NCBI GenBank assembly: GCA_963733195.1
Contig: CAVTCR010000087.1
Location: forward strand, 1 to 20,706
Origin: an uncultured delta proteobacterium
GTDB lineage: Bacteria; Desulfobacterota; Binatia; Bin18
Length of the DNA stretch: 20,706 bases
Direction: 5' to 3'
Each line of letters begins with the position of its first letter. Positions within the stretch are counted from its first letter, which is position 1. The notes below the pieces were generated by a model that was not told where the DNA came from, did not search any database, and saw only the letters and a list, made by a program, of their open reading frames with translations. Shown here piece after piece: positions 8,873 through 17,790 of this stretch. Position numbers and translations under genes: made by a program.

Positions 8873-8938
8873 ACCATACAAGATGCAGGGGGTCAGGTAC
8901 ATACTGACACGGTTCAAGTTGTGGTTCAGACGGTGCAA
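8873..8938 (-). promoter_or_regulatory. YTGAACC-box array D with -10, upstream of the Cys-rich/DUF2092/Gly-rich genes
   Basis: On +: GGTCA 8891, GTTCA 8912, GTTCA 8924, GTGCA 8933 (21/12/9, the same spacing as array G). On the minus strand the proximal box is followed by 12 nt and TATGGT (8878-8873). Confidence 0.75.
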
Positions 8939-8955
8939 TTTTCTCAATGAACCTT

Positions 8956-9612
8956 TCATTCGTCTGCTTGCTTCGCATACAGACTGACCAACCACGCGAC
9001 AAGAACCGTGAGATACATCTGCCCACCCACCGCTTCGAGGATCGTCAATCCCTGCGCCGAGTCGCTCGCTGGGACGACATCACCGTAGCCGACCGTCGCA
9101 ATCGTCACAAAGCTGAAATAGATGGCGTGCGCCAGAGTCGAGATCGCTTGCCGAGCCACCCCGAACGAGGCGGGCCAAGTCTGGTCGAGCAGCCAGTAGC
9201 AAACGGCGAAAATCAGACCAGCCAGCAGATAGGCATCCAAAGCAGCAAAGATATGCTCGGCGTCCACAATCCGAGCTCGCAGCGCATAGCGCACCGTGGC
9301 CGCCGTCGCCAGAAGGCTCGCCGCCACCCACAGAACCTGGCTTATGGGCAGCAGGGCTTCAACGCCGAGCACGGTCCGGACGCCGCGGGTGACGACGAAC
9401 GCAATACCGAGTAATAGCAGTACCCGAATCCACCGCTCGTGCGCGGCGCTCGCGACCGCGGCCACGAGATTCACGGCCAGCAACAGCTCCAACGGATTGA
9501 AGCTTGATACAAGCGCCTCAAGTGCAGGATGAGCTCCAAGAGTGAGCAGCAGCGAGAAGAACAGCCAAGCGAAACGGTGGCGGCGATAGCTGCTGAGAAC
9601 GGTCGTCAGCAT
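8956..9612 (-). CDS. Potassium channel family protein (Ion_trans_2 pore)
   Basis: YFSFVTIATVGYGD selectivity filter and multiple TM helices. Confidence 0.93.
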   Translation of the reverse strand: MLTTVLSSYRRHRFAWLFFSLLLTLGAHPALEALVSSFNPLELLLAVNLVAAVASAAHERWIRVLLLLGIAFVVTRGVRTVLGVEALLPISQVLWVAASLLATAATVRYALRARIVDAEHIFAALDAYLLAGLIFAVCYWLLDQTWPASFGVARQAISTLAHAIYFSFVTIATVGYGDVVPASDSAQGLTILEAVGGQMYLTVLVAWLVSLYAKQADE

Positions 9613-9634
9613 ACAAATGCCCGTCCCCGGCCAT

Positions 9635-9835
9635 TTACTCTTGCCGGTCGGGCTCGCTCAGCACCTTTACCATGAAAGCCAGTAACTCTTCGAGCGAATG
9701 AAAGCGTGCGGCTTGGTAAGACACCAAATGCTCTACCCGGCCCTGCCACTGTCCCTGTTCGACCTTCGCGTCGGCATGAACCTGCACGACAAACGCACGC
9801 TTGGCTGGGAAAGAGACTCGTTGCTTTGATGACAT
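9635..9835 (-). CDS. Small hypothetical protein (66 aa), divergent from the wHTH-STAND regulator
   Basis: AGGAAAG RBS. Compact beta/alpha sequence AFVVQ...GRVEHLVS...F.SLEELLAFM. First gene behind array E. Confidence 0.8.
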   Translation of the reverse strand: MSSKQRVSFPAKRAFVVQVHADAKVEQGQWQGRVEHLVSYQAARFHSLEELLAFMVKVLSEPDRQE

Positions 9836-9895
9836 CTATACTTTCCTACTTGTTGACGGGAAGTTCCTTACAGGCATTGTCGAGCTTGCCAGAAG

Positions 9896-9983
9896 ACAGT
9901 ACGTTTGTTGCCGGTTCAAATATAGAGGATAAGTTGCGTTTTCGGTTCAATTTCGGTTCAAATTTAAGCCGAAAGTGGTTCAA
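9896..9983 (-). promoter_or_regulatory. YTGAACC-box array E with -10, in the divergent region between the small gene and the regulator
   Basis: GGTTCAA four times (GTTCA at 9914, 9945, 9956, 9978; 31/11/22). On the minus strand the proximal box is followed by 12 nt and TACTGT (9901-9896). The distal box abuts regulator ATG 9984. Confidence 0.8.
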
Positions 9984-12900
9984 ATGACCCAAGAAAACAA
10001 TAGAGGCGCAACACTGTCTGAGTCAGAGTTGCACTTTGGGCCGTTTCGCTTAGAGGCAGCTAAGCAGCTGTGGCGAGAAGACCAGCTCATTAACCTGCGG
10101 CGGCAGTCTCTGGCCATGCTGCGGTATTTAGCCGAGCGACCACACCAACTGGTCACGAAAGAGGAGTTGCTCGAACAGTTATGGCCGGGGATTTATGTGT
10201 CGTCCACTGTGGTCAAGGTGTGCGTGCGAGAAATTCGGCATGCTCTTGGGGATGTGGCCACAAAGCCGCAGTTCGTCGAGACGGTGGGAGTGCAGGGATA
10301 TCGGTTCATCCAAGCAAGCTACCTCCAGTTCTCAGTTCCAGTTGTCAGTTCCGCGTTTAGAGGCAGGAGGCGAGTTCCTCAACTGCAACTGATGAGAACT
10401 GGCAACTGCCAACCGGCTTACAGCCACTGACAACTGACAACCGGCGACTGACAACTCACTTTGTCGGGCGGGAGTACGAGTCGGCGCAGTTGCAGGCGTG
10501 GTACGCGCGCGTGCAGCAAGGCGAGCGACATATCATTTTCGTCTCTGGCGAGGCCGGCATTGGCAAGACAGCGCTGGTGGAGCGCTTTCTTGCGCAAGCG
10601 CAAGCGAGGGGGACCGTACGCATCGGGCGCGGACACTGTATCGAGCAGTATGAACACGGGGAAGCCTACCTGCCTGTGCTGCAAGCGTTGCAGCAGTTGT
10701 GTCGTGCCCCCGACGGCGACCAGGTGGTAGCCATACTACGCCGTTACGCGCCCCTCTGGCTTATCCAGCTCTCGGGGGTGATCGAGGGAGACGAACTGGA
10801 AAAGTTACAACGTCAGGTCCAGGGCAGCAGTCCCCAGCGGATGTTACGTGAATTCGCTGAAGCCATCGAAGTGTTGGCGACTGAGACCCCGGTGATCTTG
10901 TTTCTCGAAGACCTGCAGTGGAGTGATGCCGCGACCCTGGAGTTGCTGGAGTATCTGGCACAGCGCCAGGAGCGCGCCCGGCTGCTGGTGCTCGGCTCCT
11001 ATCGACCAGCGGATACGGTGCTGAGCAGGCATCCCCTGCGTCGAGTGGCGCAGAGGCTGATTGGACGTGGGCAGTGTCAAGAGCTGGCGCTGGAATTGTT
11101 CACCCAAGCGGAAGTTAAAGCCTATCTGACCCAACGACTGGCCGGGAGTCCGGTCGTGGACGTCTTGGGACTGGTGATTCACCGCCGTACGGAGGGGAAT
11201 GCTCTGTTTGTGATGCACTTTGTGGACTATCTGCTCCAGCAGGGCTTGCTGGTGGAGGCAGATGATCGTTGGGAGTTGCGGGTGGAGCCGGCTACGCTCG
11301 AGGATCTCATCCCTGACCACGTGCAGCAACTGATTACCAGACAGATTGAAGGGTTGAGCAGAGAGGTGCAGCAGCTCTTGGAAATGGCCAGTGTGGTGGG
11401 GATGAGCTTTACGGCCAGCGAGGTGGCGGCGGTCATCAATCGCCCGCTGGAAGCAACGGAGGCGGTGTATGATGAGCTGGCTAACCAGGGGCGATTCCTA
11501 GAGGTCCAAGGGCTGGCTGAATGGCCGGATGGGTCCATCACTGTTCGCTATCATTTTCGCCATGCCTTGTGTCAGCACGTGCTGTATCACCGCATCGGAC
11601 TGGCGCAACGGGTGCGCTGGCATCGGCAGCTCGGCGAGCACTTCGCTAAGATGTACGGGGAGCATACGCAAGAGATTGCCGGCGAGTTAGCCTTCCATTT
11701 TGAGCGTGGGCGGGAGTACCGGCGCGCCATCCTCTTCTGGCAGCAGGCAGGGGAGCATGCGCTCCAGCAGAACGCGTACCAGAAAGCGCTTGAGCATGGC
11801 CAGGCTGGGATAACACTCCTCACGCAACTTCCAGCCACAGCGGAACGCGGGCAATTGGAACTCAAGTTACGTCAGATTGTGAGTAGTAGCGCTGGCGGTG
11901 ATCCGGGGGTTCACAGATGACGAACTGGAAGACAACCTCCGCCGCGCCCAGCAGCTCTGTCGAGAGCTGGAGGATGATGCCACGCTTGTGTCAGTGGTAA
12001 TAAGCTTAGCTCGACTGCAATTGTATCGTGCCAATCGCCCAGCAACTGGAAGAGCTGGTACGACAGGAAGAGGATTTGGCCGAGCGCCTCCATGATCCGC
12101 TGCTGCTGGTTCAGCTCCATACACAATTGGTGGCTAGCGAGACATTCCGGGGGCGACATACTCGTGCCGAAGAACATTATCAACAAATCCTTAGGCACTA
12201 TAACCCGCAAGCTCACCGGTCTTCTCCTGCTTTCTTGGGTCAAGACCCATTCGTAGGAGCTCTCGGCGCCTCCGGTCTGAACCTCAGCCTATCGGGGTGG
12301 CTCGATCAGGGCTGGAGCCGTCTCGCGCAGGGACTCGCACTTGCGGAAGAGTATGCGCAGTATGTACTTTTGGCCAACGGGCTGTTGCTCGCCGTGCCGG
12401 TGAAGTCCCTTCGCGGCGAATATGAAGAGGCATGGCAGCTCGCCAAAAAAATGGACGCGCTCTCACGTGAGCATGATTTTTCACTGTATGTGCACCTTGG
12501 AGTCCTGCTCCAAGGCGGTATGGCAGTGCAATGTGGCGCGCTAGAGGAAGGGATTGCGGCAATTACCGGTGGGCTCTCACAGTATCGCGCCACAGGAGCC
12601 CAACTCTTCATACCCTATTTTTTGTCGTTACTCGCGGATGGCTATCGGCAACAGGGGAAGGTCGCAGAGGCACTGCAGGTGGTGAGTGAAGCCCTTAGCT
12701 TGACGACAACGAATTTCGACGTCTTCTGGGAGGCGGAGCTGTATCGGCAAAAAGGCGAGCTGACGCTCGCCCAGTCTAGTGTTCAGCGTTTAGAGTCGGG
12801 AAAGAAAATCAAAAATCAAAAGTCAAAAGTCAAAAGTCAAAAATTTCTGACCCCCAATCCCCGACCCCTAACCCCCAAGGAGAAGCGGAGGCGTGTTTTC

Positions 12901-13102
12901 TGCAAGCCATCGAGATCGCCCGCCGGCAGGAGGCGAAGCTGTTGGAGCTGCGGGCGGTAATGAGCTTGGCGCGGCTGTGGCACCAGCAGGGAAAGAAGAA
13001 GAGGCTCGACAGAGGCTGGCCGAGATCTACAACTGGTTCACTGAAGGGTTGGAGACGAAAGACTTACAAGAGGCCAAAGCGTTGCTGGCGGAGTTGGCAT
13101 AA
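9984..13102 (+). CDS. Transcriptional regulator: OmpR/CadC-type winged-helix DBD + STAND (AAA_16-like) ATPase + TPR-like sensor; at least 5 frameshifts (pseudogene or sequencing errors)
   Basis: FGPFRL...LVTKEELLEQLWP...IRHALGD...VETVGVQGYRFI (Trans_reg_C); FVGRE, Walker A GEAGIGKT, Walker B LFLEDLQWSD, RTEGNALF; C-terminal ELRAVMSLARLW...YNWFTEG...DLQEAKALL. Frame changes near 10310-10430, 11888, 12040, 12800-12876 and 12995. Confidence 0.9.
10325..10455. repeat. Inverted heptamer tandem arrays in the DBD-ATPase linker
   Basis: About 4 YCAGTTS units at 10325-10351 face about 9 degenerate RCAACTG units at 10380-10455. Confidence 0.8.
12804..12877. repeat. Heptamer tandem arrays inserted in the regulator's C-terminal region
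   Basis: About 5 AAAARTC units at 12804-12843, then GACCCCC AATCCCC GACCCCT AACCCCC at 12849-12876. Encodes KIKNQKSKVKSQK...TPNPRPLTP. Confidence 0.85.
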
Positions 13103-13150
13103 GGATCAGAAATTTAATAATTTCCCAACCTCATGGGAAGCCAAAGTCCG

Positions 13151-13181
13151 TGTCATTGCGAGGAGCTGTAAGCGACGAAGA
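13151..13181. repeat. Partial GTCATTGCGAG-type REP-like element
   Basis: TGTCATTGCGAGGAGCTGTAAGCGACGAAG matches the left half of the GTCATTGCGAGGAGC...CGACGAAGCAATC repeat family as I recall it. The right arm is absent. Confidence 0.5.
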
Positions 13182-13283
13182 ATTGGGCATTGGCTTGCGG
13201 ATTGACACTCAGTATCTGTTGGATGGCATAGGGAGAGGAGAAGTAGAAGACGGATCCTTCCCCAATCGCTTCTTGCCAGGCTG

Positions 13284-14296
13284 CTATGTGGATGTGAAGT
13301 CACGAATACACGAGGTCTCCTATTTTTTTATGACTTCTTTATCTCCTGACCAAAGAGAGACTGGCTGCTATACGTGGCACGGCACTCAGGCCGTCACACT
13401 GACTTGGGAGGCGCCCCTCTCAAAGGCATCCGGCCCCGGGCTCTCTGTCTCAAGGCGCGAACCGTTAGGAGTGTTTCTCTCCTGCTTCTGCTTGTCGTCG
13501 AGTCGTTCCCTGGGGCACGGTCTCCTCTTGGGTCAACGGAGCCGAACCAACTCTTTTTCTGACCTCATAAGAGCGTTGTTGCATCAAGACCACCGAAAGC
13601 CGCACGCTGAGTTTGCGCGCCACTGCCACAATAGCCACCCTCGCAGCCACCGGGCGCGGATGGGTTTGACAAACCGAGCGATAGAATTCCCGCAACTCCC
13701 CGTCTTGGCGGATCGCCGACCACGCGGCTTGAATGAGTTTGCTTCTGAGCCGTGGGTCACCGCTGTGGGTGATCGAGCCCCGGTCGGTTTTCTCCCCGGT
13801 GGAGTGCTCGGTGGGCACCAACCCCAGAAAGCCGGCCACCTGGCGGATGTTTTTCAGCTCGCGCCAATCTCCGATCCGCGCCAGCAACTGGCTCCCCACA
13901 ATCCAGCCGATCCCACTGATGCTGGTCAGATACTTGAGACACTGCGCCAGCTCGGGATCGTGCTGGCAAAAACGACGGATCTCTCGGGTGGTCTTCACCA
14001 CCTGCTTCTCACTAAACTCCAAACTGTCCAGCAACTGGTCGAGTTTGAAAAGGACCGTCGGGCGCGCAGGGCAGGTGCCGCAGTTGCTTTTTGACCAGCC
14101 CGGACCACTGACTACCAGGAGGCGCGGGAGGAAACTCGAGCCCTTCCAACAACAGCAGCGATTTAATCCGTTGCTTCATCCCCACCATCTCGCTGACAAA
14201 GGTATCGCGCAGCTGGGTCAGGTGGCGCAGCTCTCGGTACGGGACCGAGGGCACGTGAATGCTTTTGAGTTGCCCTCCTCGCAGTGTCTCCGAGAG
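13284..14296 (-). mobile_element. 5'-truncated IS110-family element (transposase remnant 13465-14296 plus 3' non-coding end)
   Basis: LRGGQLKSIHVP...RELRHLTQLRD; LTSISGIG...GFLGLVPTEHSTG...GSITHSGDPRLRSKLIQAAW...AIVAVARKL. The N-terminal DEDD domain is missing and there is a frameshift near 14050-14062. The element end near 13284 is approximate. Confidence 0.88.
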
Positions 14297-14424
14297 TGGG
14301 CTGACTATTAAAGTCAACATATCCATTAAGGACCCGAAACCATCACCATTGTTCGGCCGGGACCACGGTCCTTCTACTGGTCCAGCGTGATCTTGGTGAT
14401 TTTTCTCTGTCTTCTGCCCTGCTA

Positions 14425-15228
14425 CTACTGATCCGTTCCGGCGGGTTCATGCTGAGGCGGGGTAAACTCTTCCCCTGGTACCTGTGCATCTGCTTGCTCA
14501 CACCTCTGCCAGGCTTTTCTTCCTTCCGCCGCATCACGCTTGGTGATCTCTTCCGCTTGCGCTTTGGCTTTGGCAGCGTCCCCACCAACCAAGGGAGGCG
14601 CCTGCAGGTAATATTCCAGCAGGCCGAACCGAGCCTCGAGATTGTCCGGGTTTAGCGCTACGGCTGTTTCGAGGTGTTTTTTTACCTTGCGAGCTAAGAA
14701 AAATGCGTCACCTTCCGCATGCTGCGCTTGCTCTCCATACGTGCGTCCCAGCCAGAGATGATAGTCTGAATTACCACTGTCCAGTTGGACAGCTTTCTCA
14801 AACCAGGTCGCCGCTTGCTCATATCGCTTGCTCTCGAAAGCGAGGCGTCCGAGGTAATAAACCCCAGAAGGGTCAGCAGGGTACTGGCGGACAAAATCTT
14901 CAAAGAACGGCTGCGCCGCGGCGAACTGCCTGCTCTCAAAGAGATTCACTCCAGTTGTGATGTCTTCACTGGCCTGTACCGTAGAGCGGTTTTCAATTGG
15001 ATTGACCTCGGTTCTTCCCCTCACCCCTACTTGCTGTTCTCGTACTGCCCTCTCTCCTTCGACAAGCTCCGGACGGGCTTTAGCAGGGAGGGGGAGAGGA
15101 TGAGGGTCGTAAGCTGGGGAACTGGGGTACACGCAACCGCAAATTGCTGTCAGAGAGACCAAACCAAGAAAGGTGATAACTTCCCACAGCCGGCGGATAG
15201 AATTGTTGACCAGCCCTGGTGGTCGCAC
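14425..15228 (-). CDS. Tetratricopeptide-repeat protein, probable lipoprotein
   Basis: Hydrophobic segment ending ICG-C; TPR helices (YYLGRLAF...FEKAVQLDSGNSDYHLWLG; ALNPDNLEARFGL). AAGGA precedes GTG 15228; start uncertain. Confidence 0.82.
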   Translation of the reverse strand: MRPPGLVNNSIRRLWEVITFLGLVSLTAICGCVYPSSPAYDPHPLPLPAKARPELVEGERAVREQQVGVRGRTEVNPIENRSTVQASEDITTGVNLFESRQFAAAQPFFEDFVRQYPADPSGVYYLGRLAFESKRYEQAATWFEKAVQLDSGNSDYHLWLGRTYGEQAQHAEGDAFFLARKVKKHLETAVALNPDNLEARFGLLEYYLQAPPLVGGDAAKAKAQAEEITKRDAAEGRKAWQRCEQADAQVPGEEFTPPQHEPAGTDQ

Positions 15229-15318
15229 GTTTGAGATCCTTACAGTTGTCAATAGTGAATGAAGGCCATTATTTCTTCCCTTCGCCGTCCAAGCGCATGC
15301 ACGCGCCAAAACGGCCTG

Positions 15319-15899
15319 CTATTCGCCCGGCGTGAGCTTGGTGATTTTTGAACCCTGCAAACCAAGCCCTGCCATCAGTCCCTTCTGGCTGAAGATAAAA
15401 GCGTAGACACCTTTTCGCAGCGTCGTCGAACTCATCGACTTCCCAAAGCCCTTGTCCAAGACGACCACGCTGGGCCCGGTCCCAATCTCCCATCCCCTGC
15501 TTTTTTCAAGATACGCTAGTGACGCATCATCCATGAACAGCAAGACGTAGCCGAAGGATTGCACACCGGCCTGTAAGCCATACGAGGCGGCGAGGGATCG
15601 ATAGTACCCGACCGTCTTGCCCCCTTTGCGGCGAGAACGCCATCACCATATTGCCCACCGACGATAAAGCCGGCCTTGACGATATTGGGAAAGACGAGGA
15701 CGCCCTTAGCCTGCTTCGCCAAGTTTAACGCGCCAGGCGTGGAGGCATACAACGTTCGTAAGGCCTCCGTGGCGTTGCGATCAATCTCGCTCGCACTCGC
15801 CGCCAGCACCACCCGTGCGTTCAGGGTGATCATCGTCACCGTCGCCAGCACCAGCGCAATCGCCAGCCTTCGATACTCCCTCGCTGCTCTTTTCTTCAT
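15319..15899 (-). CDS. YSC84/SYLF lipid-binding domain exported protein; one frameshift
   Basis: AAGGAG then ATG 15899. Signal peptide, AKGVLVFPNIVKAGFIVGGQYGDGVL / GKTVGYY...ASYGLQAGVQSFG...QKGLMAGLGLQGSKIT. Frame change near 15630. Confidence 0.9.
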
Positions 15900-15979
15900 A
15901 TCCACTCTCCTTTGTCGTGGAACAGGCTCGGCGGGGTCAGGGGACCCACGCCGAATAAATCCCCAAAATAGTTTCTGCA

Positions 15980-16055
15980 AAACTACTCGATCACAAGGTT
16001 CAGATACATCGTAACCTCGGTTCAATTATGGTTCAAAGCGGTTCAAATTGATTCA
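15980..16055 (-). promoter_or_regulatory. YTGAACC-box array F with -10, upstream of the YSC84 and TPR genes
   Basis: GTTCA on + at 15998, 16020, 16031, 16041 and ATTCA at 16051 (22/11/10/10). On the minus strand the proximal box is followed by 12 nt and TAGTTT (15985-15980). Confidence 0.8.
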
Positions 16056-16199
16056 CTACCTCAGAAACGAGTAGCAAAGTGTGATATGAACCGACGCAGC
16101 AGGAACATGGTATCAATCGAGACTGTAAGTTATGGTAGTCCCGATTTTTACGGATGAATAGTCGGCGTTGGCTGTTGCCTGGCCGAGCGTGTTCAGTAG

Positions 16200-16372
16200 T
16201 GTTACGTCCGGCTGATGTTTACGAATCTTGGTAGCGGTCCTGCCCACAATCTCAATGGTGGTTTGACCTTCCTGCTCAATGACAATTTGCAACTCGACAT
16301 CAATGGGGGGTTGGAATTAACGGACGTGCGGACGATTATTTCCTCGGCATTGGGCTGGCGTTAAGATTTTGA
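16200..16372 (+). pseudogene. C-terminal remnant of an outer-membrane beta-barrel ('transporter'/MetA-phenol-degradation-like family)
   Basis: HNLNGGLTFLLNDNLQLDINGG / GINGRADDYFLGIGLALRF-stop, with a terminal Phe. Needs one extra G in the run at 16305-16310. In-frame stop at 16197 and no 5' part. Confidence 0.65.
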
Positions 16373-16423
16373 GGTACCCCATTATTGAGACCTCAGTAGT
16401 GATGCCGTTTAGGAGCGTCGGAT

Positions 16424-17656
16424 ATGAGTAGAAAGCCACAACCTATTACATTCCAGGCGTCAACGTCCCAAAACAATATGCTCCGAGAATCGCCGGACTT
16501 CTCGCTGGTTCTGGGCGGGCCGCTTTTCCAGCTTCTGTGCCGGTCACATCTGTCCGGCGATACGCTGGAGCTCATGCGCCGACGCATCATCATCATTCCG
16601 TTGCTCGCCTGGCTGCCGCTCTTGGTGCTTTCGGCGCTGGAAGGACGGGCGCTGGGCGGGAACGTGGCCGTTCCCTTCCTGCTGGACGTGGAAGCGCATG
16701 CCCGCTTTCTGGTGGCGCTGCCGCTGTTGATCGTTGCGGAACTGGTGGTGCACCAGCGCATGCGCTTCGTGGTGCGGCAATTCCTGGAGCGCAATCTGAT
16801 TCCCGCGAGCGCCCTGACACGGTTCGAGGCCGCCATCGCGTCAGCCTCGCGGCTGCGCAACTCAGTGCTCGTCGAGGTACTGCTGATCGCTTTCGTCTAT
16901 GTCGTCGGTGTCCTGATTATTTGGCGCCAGTACATGGTGCTCGCCACGGCCACGTGGTATGCGGTGCCGACCGTCGAGGGTTTGCAGCTCTCGCTCACTG
17001 GAGTGTGGTATGGCTACGTGAGTCTACCGATCTACCAGTTCCTGTTGGTGCGCTGGTATTTTCGCATGTTTATCTGGGCGCGCTTTCTCTGGCAGGTGTC
17101 ACGCCTCGACTTGAGTCTGGTTCCTACCCATCCGGACCGTGTCGGCGGTCTGGGATTTCTGACCAACACGGTCTACGCCTTCATGCCGCTGGCGGTGGCG
17201 CACGGCGCAATGCTTGCCGGACCGCTCGCTAATCGCATTTTCTACCTTGGGGCTGCACTGCCTGAGTTCAAGCTCGAAATCGCCGTCCTCGTCGTCTTTC
17301 TGGTGTGCGTGGTGCTCGGCCCGCTCTTGGTGTTCGCGCCGCAGCTTGCTGAGGCGAAGCGGACGGGCAATCGCGAGTATGGCACACTGGCCCAGCGGTA
17401 CGTACGCGAGTTCGATGCCAAGTGGCTGCGCGGCGGTGCGCCTGCCGATGAGACGTTGGTGGGGAGCGGTGACATTCAGTCCCTCGCAGATCTGAGCAAT
17501 AGTTTTGAGGTGGTGCGGACTATGCGTATCGCGCCGGTAACGACTGAAGCCCTCCTTCGTCTCGTGGCCGCGACCCTTGCGCCGCTCGTGCCGCTGGCGC
17601 TCACCATGATGTCGCTGGAAGAACTGCTGAAACGGCTGTTGGGTATAGTGTTCTAG
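16424..17656 (+). CDS. Conserved hypothetical polytopic membrane protein (410 aa)
   Basis: Long intact ORF with many TM helices, [25 protein letters not shown] and GDIQSLADL motifs. AGGAG RBS. Confidence 0.85.
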   Translation: MSRKPQPITFQASTSQNNMLRESPDFSLVLGGPLFQLLCRSHLSGDTLELMRRRIIIIPLLAWLPLLVLSALEGRALGGNVAVPFLLDVEAHARFLVALPLLIVAELVVHQRMRFVVRQFLERNLIPASALTRFEAAIASASRLRNSVLVEVLLIAFVYVVGVLIIWRQYMVLATATWYAVPTVEGLQLSLTGVWYGYVSLPIYQFLLVRWYFRMFIWARFLWQVSRLDLSLVPTHPDRVGGLGFLTNTVYAFMPLAVAHGAMLAGPLANRIFYLGAALPEFKLEIAVLVVFLVCVVLGPLLVFAPQLAEAKRTGNREYGTLAQRYVREFDAKWLRGGAPADETLVGSGDIQSLADLSNSFEVVRTMRIAPVTTEALLRLVAATLAPLVPLALTMMSLEELLKRLLGIVF

Positions 17657-17790
17657 GAAATCCAGGAAAATGCGTCCTGGGAATTACACGCAAGCCCAAG
17701 CCGCGAGCGGGTCTCCTGACCCGCACCCACAGAGTGGTGCGGTCCAAAGACCGACGCCGAGCAAATGCTCAGGAACAACAGCGGGAGTCC

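Noticed and set aside
10490-13102. STAND ATPase as an Avs-type anti-phage defence protein
   Set aside because: The N-terminal domain is a DNA-binding winged helix, not a nuclease, TIR or sirtuin effector, and no defence genes are adjacent. A transcriptional role fits better.
13150-14094. 314-aa plus-strand ORF
   Set aside because: Antisense shadow of the IS110 transposase with no recognisable motifs.
9914-16055. GTTC-N7-GTTC pairs as alphaproteobacterial-type LexA (SOS) boxes
   Set aside because: Only a few pairs have exact 11-bp spacing, the conserved unit is longer (YTGAACC), the geometry relative to -10 is activator-like, and no downstream gene is a DNA-repair gene. Not formally excluded.
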